Below, piece after piece: positions 24,210 to 30,379 of a stretch of DNA of 32,000 nucleotides. The stretch comes from Longivirga aurantiaca. Its GTDB lineage: Bacteria; Actinomycetota; Actinomycetes; S36-B12; CAIYMF01. The notes beneath the pieces are model-generated. The model was not told the DNA's origin and did no database searches. It was given only the letters and a program-made list of their open reading frames with translations. Both the position numbers and the translations under genes were made by a program. The DNA lies in assembly GCF_042660085.1 (NCBI RefSeq), contig NZ_JBHSTI010000008.1, positions 2,295,604 through 2,327,603 of the forward strand, in the 5' to 3' direction. Within the stretch, counting starts at the first letter, position 1. Each line of letters starts with the position of its first letter.

Positions 24210-24602
24210 TCAGTCGACGGGCTCGGGATCGTCCATCGGGTCGAGCACGGCCCAGATCATCGGGATCTGCAGCGGCATCCGGGCCCAGGCGATCAGCGCC
24301 GTGGTCGAGGTGATCCCGTCATCGGCCGTGGCGCCGAGCGCGAACTGCAGGTTGGACGGCCACACCGCGAGCAGGACGACCGCGCTGGCGGGCCCGGCCC
24401 AGCGGCGGCGGGTCATCAGCCCGTAGGCGCACACGAGCTCCACGGCGCCCGCGGCCAGGTTCACCGCCACCGGGGCCGGCACCCACGGCGGCATGAAGTC
24501 GTCGAAGGCCGAGGGCCGCACCACGTGCAGCACCCCGGACGCCGCGAACAGCCCCGCCACTGTCAGGCGCACCCCGCGGCGCACGCGCTCGACGCGGCTC
24601 AC
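24210..24602 (-). CDS. DoxX-like small membrane protein
   Basis: LTVAGLFAASGVLHVVRP..F...MPPWVP....VNLAAGAVELVCAYGLM fits the DoxX-type pattern with 4 TM segments. The GTG at 24602 overlaps the SDR stop (GTGA). An alternative GTG lies at 24614. Confidence 0.6.
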   Translation of the reverse strand: MSRVERVRRGVRLTVAGLFAASGVLHVVRPSAFDDFMPPWVPAPVAVNLAAGAVELVCAYGLMTRRRWAGPASAVVLLAVWPSNLQFALGATADDGITSTTALIAWARMPLQIPMIWAVLDPMDDPEPVD

Positions 24603-25369
24603 GGTGCCGGCCACGTCTCGGGGATCCCGTGGCCGCCGTCGGCCACGAGGGTCGCACCCGTGACGAACGACGCCGACTCGTGCGCGAGGAAGAGCACGGC
24701 GGCCGCGACCTCGTCCGGAGTGCCGCTGCGTCCGAACGGCCCGTGGCGCGCGGCGTCCGCCTCGAAGTCGAGCTGCGACGAGGTGGCGACGTACCCCGGG
24801 GCGACGACGTTCACCGTGATGCCGTCGGCCACGACCTCGAGGGCGAGGCTGCGCGAGAGCCCGACGAGGGCGGCCTTGGACGCGGCGTACGACGCCTGCC
24901 GCGGCATGCCGTTCACCGGGCCGGTGGTGGACGAGACCGTGACGATGCGGCCGTAGCCGGCGGCGCGCATCGTGGGGACCACAGCCCTGCTCGCGAGGAA
25001 CGCCGTGGAGAGGTTGCGCGAGATCGCGGCGTCCCAGGCGGGCAGCGGCAGGTCGGCGACCTCGCCGTCGACGTCCCAGCCGGAGACGACCGAGGTCATG
25101 CCCGCGTTGTTCACGAGGATGTCGAGGCGGCCCCAGCGGCTGACGGCGGCGGCGACCAGCAGGTCGGCGGCGCCGTCGACGGTGAGGTCGGCGACCACGC
25201 CGACCGCGGACGGGCCGAGCTCGGCCGCGCGCTCGTGCACGCGCTCGCTGGTGGCGCCGAGCACCACGGCGGCTCCCTCGGCCGCGAACGCCCGCGCGCA
25301 GGCGAAGCCGATCCCGTCGGGCGAGCCTGCACCCGTCACGATCGCGACCCGTCCGTCGAACCTGCCCAT
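24599..25369 (-). CDS. Short-chain dehydrogenase/reductase (FabG-like)
   Basis: GRVAIVTGAGSPDGIGFA (TGxxxGIG) and YAASKAALVGL (YxxxK). ATG at 25369. The track ORF starts 23 codons earlier. Confidence 0.85.
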   Translation of the reverse strand: MGRFDGRVAIVTGAGSPDGIGFACARAFAAEGAAVVLGATSERVHERAAELGPSAVGVVADLTVDGAADLLVAAAVSRWGRLDILVNNAGMTSVVSGWDVDGEVADLPLPAWDAAISRNLSTAFLASRAVVPTMRAAGYGRIVTVSSTTGPVNGMPRQASYAASKAALVGLSRSLALEVVADGITVNVVAPGYVATSSQLDFEADAARHGPFGRSGTPDEVAAAVLFLAHESASFVTGATLVADGGHGIPETWPAP

Positions 25370-25382
25370 GCGGACCGCCGTC

Positions 25383-25730
25383 CTAGAGGTAGAGACCGGG
25401 TGCGCCGTCGCCGCTGACGCGGTGGGCCGCGAGCGCATGAATGTCGCGCTCGCGCAGCAGGACGTACTCGGCGGCCTGGATCTCGACCTCGGGGTGGCTC
25501 TCGGGGTCGAACAGCACCTGGTCGCCGACCTCGATCGTGCGCACGTTGGGGCCGGTGGCCACCACGCGCGCCCAGCTGAGCCGGCGGCCGACCTGCGCGG
25601 TGGCCGGGATGAGGATGCCGCCTCCGGAGCGGCGCTCGCCGTCGTCGTCGACCTTCACGAGCACGCGGTCGTGCAGCAGCTTGATCGGCACGGAGCCGTC
25701 GGGCAGCGGGGAGGTGTCGGGCGCGCTCAC
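25383..25730 (-). CDS. GroES-family (Cpn10-fold) co-chaperonin-like protein with a short N-terminal extension
   Basis: IKLLHDRVLVKV...SGGGILIPATAQ...ARVVATGPNVRTIEVGDQVLF....EVEI.AAEYVLLRERDIHAL follows the GroES pattern. Confidence 0.7.
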   Translation of the reverse strand: MSAPDTSPLPDGSVPIKLLHDRVLVKVDDDGERRSGGGILIPATAQVGRRLSWARVVATGPNVRTIEVGDQVLFDPESHPEVEIQAAEYVLLRERDIHALAAHRVSGDGAPGLYL

Positions 25731-25782
25731 GCGTCGGAGCGTACGTGCTCGGGCCGGGCGGAGGTCCGCCGGGCTGCGTGCG

Positions 25783-26253
25783 TCAGGAGGAGCGGCGACG
25801 GCGCGAGACGCCGAGGACGACCACGAGGCCGACGACGACGCCGGCCGCGATGAGCACGCGGTCGGGCTTGATCCCGCCGAACTCGTCCACGAACACGCCC
25901 TTGACCTTGTCGACCTGGCGGTTCATGACGTTCCTCGGGGTGACGTACTCCTGCAGGTCGTCGATGCGCCCGGCGAGACGGTCGCGGGTGGCGTCGAGCT
26001 CCGCCTGGATCTCCGAGACGCTGCGCTGCGGAGGCTTGGGCTTCTCGCCCTTGGCCTTGGCCTTGGCGTCGTCCGCCTTCGCCGCAGGCGCGTCGGCGGC
26101 GGAGGCGGCCTTCTTCTCGACGGTGGCGGCCTTCTTCTCGACCGTGGCGGCGGCGTCCTTCACGTCGTCCTTCGCGGACGACGCGGCGTCCTTGACGGAG
26201 TCGGCGGCCTTGTCTGCGGAGTCGCGCACAGCGGCGGTGGTGGAGTCGCTCAC
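25783..26253 (-). CDS. DUF3618-family protein (Ala/Lys/Asp-rich N-terminus, C-terminal TM anchor)
   Basis: RSVSEIQAELDATRDRLAGRIDDLQEYVTP fits the DUF3618 core. The C-terminal segment VLIAAGVVVGLVVVLGV is followed by RRRR. Confidence 0.7.
   Translation of the reverse strand: MSDSTTAAVRDSADKAADSVKDAASSAKDDVKDAAATVEKKAATVEKKAASAADAPAAKADDAKAKAKGEKPKPPQRSVSEIQAELDATRDRLAGRIDDLQEYVTPRNVMNRQVDKVKGVFVDEFGGIKPDRVLIAAGVVVGLVVVLGVSRRRRSS
26107..26148. repeat. 21-bp tandem duplication inside the DUF3618 gene
   Basis: GGCCTTCTTCTCGACGGTGGC (26107-26127) and GGCCTTCTTCTCGACCGTGGC (26128-26148) differ at one base. They encode the doubled AATVEKK. Confidence 0.85.
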
Positions 26254-26303
26254 GTCGTCGAGCCTACGCCGATCCGCGCCGTCTGCGGCACCCGACCTGC
26301 GGA

Positions 26304-27206
26304 TCAGGCGCGGGTGGGTGCTGACGCCGTGACGAGGCCGGTGGCCGAGGCATCGGTGTGGTCGTCGAGGCCGGCCGTGCGCCCGAGACCCTTCGCGCCC
26401 TTCAGGAGCAGGACCACGAGGAAGACCGCGGCGTTGACGAGCACGATGGTCGTGCCCGACGGGATCTCGAGCTGGTACGAGAGGTACATGCCGACCGCGC
26501 CGGCCGCGGTGCCGAGCGCGGTGGCGATCCAGAGCATGCGCCCGAACGAGTCGGTCAGCATGCGGGCGACGACCGGCGGGATCACCAGGGTGGCCGCGAC
26601 GAGGGTGACGCCGATGATCGAGAGCGTCGCGAGGATCGACATCGACAGCACGACCATGAGGATCGTGTCCATGAGGCCGACGTTGACGCCGGACACCTTG
26701 GCCACCTCGGGGTCGAAGGTCGAGAACAGCAGCTGGCGGTAGAGGACGGTGAAGATGGCGATGGTGCCGAGGAAGACGCCGCCGAGCAGCAGGAGGTCGC
26801 CGATCGAGACGCCGTTGATGCTGCCGAACAGGAGGCTGTCGAACGCCGGGCCCTTGTTGCCGAACTTCGTCAGCAGCGCCACACCGAGCGCGAACGAGGC
26901 GGTCGTGACGACGCCGATCGCGGCGTCGGCGCCGATGCGGTGCCGACGCGTGACGGCGTTGATCGCGAGGGCCGAGGCGAGCCCCCAGAGCCCGGCGCCC
27001 AGGACGATCGGGATGCCGAGCAGGGGCGCCGCGGCGTACCCGCCGAAGATCGCGTGCGAGAGGCCGTGGCCGATGTAGCTCATGCCGCGCAGGGTGATGA
27101 AGACGCCGATCAGCCCGCAGAGGCCGCCCGCGAGCAGGGCGGCGACCAGGCCCTTGATGAAGAACTGGTACTGGAACGGGTCGAGCAGCGTCTCGAGGAA
27201 GGTCAT
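26304..27206 (-). CDS. Metal (Zn/Mn-type) ABC transporter permease, ABC-3 family
   Basis: FQYQFFIKGLVAALLAGGLCGLIGVFITLRGMSYIGHGLSHAIFGG. ATGA overlap with the upstream ATPase gene at 27203-27206. Confidence 0.85.
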   Translation of the reverse strand: MTFLETLLDPFQYQFFIKGLVAALLAGGLCGLIGVFITLRGMSYIGHGLSHAIFGGYAAAPLLGIPIVLGAGLWGLASALAINAVTRRHRIGADAAIGVVTTASFALGVALLTKFGNKGPAFDSLLFGSINGVSIGDLLLLGGVFLGTIAIFTVLYRQLLFSTFDPEVAKVSGVNVGLMDTILMVVLSMSILATLSIIGVTLVAATLVIPPVVARMLTDSFGRMLWIATALGTAAGAVGMYLSYQLEIPSGTTIVLVNAAVFLVVLLLKGAKGLGRTAGLDDHTDASATGLVTASAPTRA

Positions 27207-27994
27207 GACGCGGCCGGCTTCATCGTGACGTCGTCCATCGAGTCGACGACCACCGGGATGCCGAGGTGCTGCAGGATCTCCATCCGTGCGCCGAAGACCT
27301 CCTCGACCACCGCAGGCACGATGACCTCCGACGGCGGGCCGCTCGCGATCACGCGCGTGCGCAGGGCGAGCAGGTGCGGCAGGTGCGCGGCCATGCCGTT
27401 GAGGTCGTGCGTGGTGAGCACGATCGCGAGGCCCTCACGGTTGAGGTCGTCGAGCAGGTGCAGCACCTCGTGCCGCGTCTGCACGTCGACACCGCTGGTG
27501 GGCTCGTCGAGCAGGAGCATCTGCGGACGGCGTACGAGGGCGCGGGCGAGGAACATCCGCTGCTGCTGGCCGCCGGAGAGCTCGCGGATGTGGCGCGCGC
27601 CCAGGTCGGCGATGCCCAGCCGCTCGAGGACGTCGGCGACCTCGGCGCGCTCGGCCTTGCTGGCGCGAGGGATCGGACGACGGGCCGGCCGCGACATGAG
27701 CACGCAGTCGTTGACCGTGACGGGGAAGTTCCAGTTGACCGTCTCGAGCTGCGGCACGTAGCTCACGGACACGCCGGCCGCCCGGGTGACCGAGCCGCGC
27801 TGCGGCTTCTCGGTGCCGAGCAGCAGCTTGAGCAGCGTCGTCTTGCCCGAGCCCGACGGTCCGACGATGCCGGTGAACTGCCCGGGCATCACGGCGTACG
27901 AGACGTCGCTGAGCACGGCGTGGTGGCCGTAGCCGAAGCTCGCGTGCGAGACGTCGACCAGGGGGGTCGTGGCGGAGATCGGAGACTGGGTCAC
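27203..27994 (-). CDS. Metal ABC transporter ATP-binding protein
   Basis: Walker A GPSGSGKT, signature LSGGQQQR, Walker B LLLDEPTSGVD. The GTG at 27994 overlaps the SBP stop (GTGA). The rest of the 636-aa track ORF is an out-of-frame shadow over the SBP gene. Confidence 0.85.
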   Translation of the reverse strand: MTQSPISATTPLVDVSHASFGYGHHAVLSDVSYAVMPGQFTGIVGPSGSGKTTLLKLLLGTEKPQRGSVTRAAGVSVSYVPQLETVNWNFPVTVNDCVLMSRPARRPIPRASKAERAEVADVLERLGIADLGARHIRELSGGQQQRMFLARALVRRPQMLLLDEPTSGVDVQTRHEVLHLLDDLNREGLAIVLTTHDLNGMAAHLPHLLALRTRVIASGPPSEVIVPAVVEEVFGARMEILQHLGIPVVVDSMDDVTMKPAAS

Positions 27995-29007
27995 TGGGGG
28001 TAGTCCGCCTTGTCGGGTGCGACATCGGAGACGTCGAGCGCGTCGAGCGCGTCGGTCGTGCCGCCGAGCCCCTGGATCATCGTCACGTAGTCGTAGCGCA
28101 TGAGGCCGAGCCACGAGTGCTCGGCGTCCCCGGGTGCGCCCGGCAGGTCGTCGTCGCGCAGTGTGTCCTCGTAGCGGGCGCCGGTCTCGGCTGCGATCTG
28201 CTCGAGCACCTTGGACGGGAAGACCTCGGAGCCGAAGATGACGGGCACGTTCTCGGCCTTGATCTGGTCGACCAGGCGGGCGATCTCCTTGGGCTGCGGG
28301 TCCTCGAAGTTCGAGGGCTGCACGGCGCCGATCACCTTCCAGCCGTACGTCTTGGCGAAGTACGCGTAGGCGTCGTGGTAGGTCAGCAGCTCGAGGCCGC
28401 CCTCGGGCACGGTGGTCTGGTCCTTCTTCAGCGCGTCCGACAGCGCGGTGGCCTTGGCCACGAACGCCTCGTAGTTGGTCGTGTAGTAGTCGGCGTTGGC
28501 CGGGTCCTTGGCCGCGACCGTGTCCTTGATGACCGCGGCGTACTTGATCGCGTACGTCGGGTCGGTCCACAGGTGCGGGTTGGGCTTGCCGTCCTCCTTC
28601 GGGAAGGAGAAGTCGTAGATGTACTCCGACTCCGGCAGCACGGTGTCGCCGATCTTCACGATCGTGGCGTTGCTGGCGTTCTCCTCGGCGAGCTGGAACG
28701 TCGGCTCCTCGAGCTGCAGGCCGTTGACGAAGACGATGTCGGCCTTCTCCATCGTGGCCGCGACCTGCGGCGGGGGGTCGAAGGTGTGGCTGTTGGTCCC
28801 CTCGGGCACGATCCCGACCACCTGGGCGCGGTCGCCCACGATGTTCGCGGCGATGCTCGTGATCGGGGCCACCGTGGTGACGATCACCATCCCTGTGCCG
28901 CCGCCGGGCGACTCCGCGTCCGAGGCGTTGGAGCCGCAGGCTGCGAGGAGGAGGGCGCTGCCGAGGCCGAGGACTGCGAGCAGCGGGCGGGAGGAGCGGG
29001 AGATCAC
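27991..29007 (-). CDS. Metal ABC transporter substrate-binding lipoprotein (ZnuA/MntC/TroA cluster A-I type)
   Basis: Lipobox LLLAAC after a signal peptide. NSHTFDP, PNPHLWTDP and HDAYAYFA are metal-SBP motifs. No His-rich loop is seen, so metal specificity is not assigned. GTG start. Confidence 0.85.
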   Translation of the reverse strand: MISRSSRPLLAVLGLGSALLLAACGSNASDAESPGGGTGMVIVTTVAPITSIAANIVGDRAQVVGIVPEGTNSHTFDPPPQVAATMEKADIVFVNGLQLEEPTFQLAEENASNATIVKIGDTVLPESEYIYDFSFPKEDGKPNPHLWTDPTYAIKYAAVIKDTVAAKDPANADYYTTNYEAFVAKATALSDALKKDQTTVPEGGLELLTYHDAYAYFAKTYGWKVIGAVQPSNFEDPQPKEIARLVDQIKAENVPVIFGSEVFPSKVLEQIAAETGARYEDTLRDDDLPGAPGDAEHSWLGLMRYDYVTMIQGLGGTTDALDALDVSDVAPDKADYPQ

Positions 29008-29013
29008 CGGGGA

Positions 29014-29043
29014 AGCCTAACGTCGTCGAGGCCTTATTGCGAA
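29014..29043 (-). promoter_or_regulatory. Candidate promoter of the metal ABC operon (possibly a leaderless transcript)
   Basis: On the minus strand: TTCGCA (29043-29038), 18 nt, then TAGGCT (29019-29014). The -10 ends 6 nt before the GTG start at 29007, and no Shine-Dalgarno sequence is visible. Confidence 0.35.
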
Positions 29044-29053
29044 CTGTTTGCAA
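29037..29053. promoter_or_regulatory. Imperfect 17-bp palindrome TTGCGAACTGTTTGCAA; candidate metalloregulator operator
   Basis: 14 of 17 positions are self-complementary. It is AT-rich in GC-rich surroundings and overlaps the putative -35 of the metal importer operon. Confidence 0.4.
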
Positions 29054-29199
29054 CTGGCAGCGATGTGCATCCCCGCCAGGTGCCACTCTCAGACACTTCG
29101 GAGCCCGCCGCATCCTGGATTGGCTGACGATCCGGTGACGTCGGGACGTCGTTAGGCTCGGCGCACCCCGATCAGGCCCGTCGAACCGCAGGAGCTCCC

Positions 29200-29679
29200 G
29201 TGACCGTCCGACTCGAGCCCGGCGACGCCGCTCCCCCGCTCGGCCTGCCCGACGACACCGGCGTGGTGCACGACTGGAAGGACCACAGGGGCGAGCGCGT
29301 GGTCCTCTACGTCTACCCCGCGGCGATGACCCCCGGCTGCACGAAGCAGGCCTGCGACTTCCGCGACTCGCTCGACTCCCTGGCCGCCGCCGGCATCACC
29401 GTGCTCGGCCTCTCGCCGGACAAGCCCGAGAAGCTCGCGCAGTTCCGCGAGCGCGACAGCCTCACGTTCCCGCTGCTGTCGGACCCGTCGAAGGACGTGC
29501 TCACGGCGTACGGCGCGTTCGGCGAGAAGAAGCTCTACGGCAAGACGGTCGTCGGCGTGATCCGGTCGACCTTCGTCGTGACGGTGGACGGCCGGGGCAA
29601 GGCCGTGATCGAGCATGCGTTCTACAACGTCAAGGCCACCGGCCACGTCGCCAAGCTGCGCAAGGACCTGGGCGTCTGA
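29200..29679 (+). CDS. bcp: Thiol peroxidase / peroxiredoxin, Bcp type
   Basis: VVLYVYPAAMTPGCTKQACDFRD (peroxidatic Cys in PxxxTxxC) and RSTFVV. GTG start with GGAG 5 nt upstream. Confidence 0.88.
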   Translation: MTVRLEPGDAAPPLGLPDDTGVVHDWKDHRGERVVLYVYPAAMTPGCTKQACDFRDSLDSLAAAGITVLGLSPDKPEKLAQFRERDSLTFPLLSDPSKDVLTAYGAFGEKKLYGKTVVGVIRSTFVVTVDGRGKAVIEHAFYNVKATGHVAKLRKDLGV

Positions 29680-29691
29680 CCCTGCCGGGCG

Positions 29692-30003
29692 TCAGGACTC
29701 GAGGGGGTAGCCCGACATGAACCACGCCTGGGTGCCGCCGAGCACGTTGACGACGTCGTACCCCTGCGGCTCGAGCCACGCGGCCACCTGGCCCGACCGG
29801 CCTCCGACCGCGCACACGAGGTAGACCGTCCGATCCTTCGGGATGTCCTGCAGGCGCACGGGGACGGTGTGCATCGGCACGAGGACGGCGCCGGGCACGC
29901 GGCCCGCGGCGTACTCGTCGGGGTTGCGGACGTCGACCACCGGGGTGGTCGGGTCGGCCTCGAGGATCGCGGCGAGCTCGGCCACGGAGACGTCGGCGGG
30001 CAC
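29692..30003 (-). CDS. Single-domain rhodanese (sulfurtransferase)
   Basis: VVDVRNPDEYAAGRVPGAV and the active-site loop CAVGGRS. GTG start with GGAG 6 nt upstream. A TAGGCT -10-like hexamer lies at 30042-30037. Confidence 0.85.
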   Translation of the reverse strand: MPADVSVAELAAILEADPTTPVVDVRNPDEYAAGRVPGAVLVPMHTVPVRLQDIPKDRTVYLVCAVGGRSGQVAAWLEPQGYDVVNVLGGTQAWFMSGYPLES

Positions 30004-30077
30004 AGGGAACTCCAGGGGCGTCGGGGCGGTGCGAGCAGCCTAGGACAGCCCCGGTCGTCGGCCGGACAAGATACGGG

Positions 30078-30374
30078 TCAGGCCAGCGACAGGAAGAGCT
30101 TCTCGAGGCGCGCCCGGTCGAGAGCGGGCGTCTCGCCCTTGCTCTCGGCCTCGAGGCACATCTCGAGGCCGCAGGCGACGACGCTGAACGCCGCGCGGTC
30201 GACGGCCTTGGAGGCTGCGGACAGCTGGGTGACGATGTCGGAGCAGTCGCGGTCGGCCTCGATCATGGCGATGACGCCGTCGAGCTGTCCGCGGGCCCGC
30301 TTGAGGCGGGCGATGACGGCCTTGGCCGCCTCGGGGTGCATCGACGCGCTCGCTCCGGTGGGCGTAGGACTCAT
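30078..30374 (-). CDS. CsoR/RcnR-family (DUF156) repressor, His-less C-x-C type (CstR-like)
   Basis: ARLKRARGQLDGVIAMIEADRDCSDIVTQL...ACGLEMC. Cys44 and Cys73 are 29 residues apart. The position that carries the Cu-ligand His in CsoR (Cys+25) is Gly69. The ATG at 30374 is 60 codons inside the track ORF. Confidence 0.8.
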   Translation of the reverse strand: MSPTPTGASASMHPEAAKAVIARLKRARGQLDGVIAMIEADRDCSDIVTQLSAASKAVDRAAFSVVACGLEMCLEAESKGETPALDRARLEKLFLSLA

Positions 30375-30379
30375 GGCGG

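Noticed and set aside
27995-29113. Upstream part of the 636-aa minus-strand ORF 27203-29113
   Set aside because: It is an out-of-frame overlap of the SBP lipoprotein gene. The ABC ATPase begins at GTG 27994, which overlaps the SBP stop codon.
14734-30042. Recurring TAGGCT hexamer (14734-14739, 29014-29019, 29153-29158, 30037-30042), considered as a special shared regulon motif
   Set aside because: It fits the generic actinobacterial TANNNT -10 consensus, so recurrence upstream of unrelated genes is expected. Only the longer 13-nt mirrored arms at 29015/29145 were kept as a finding.
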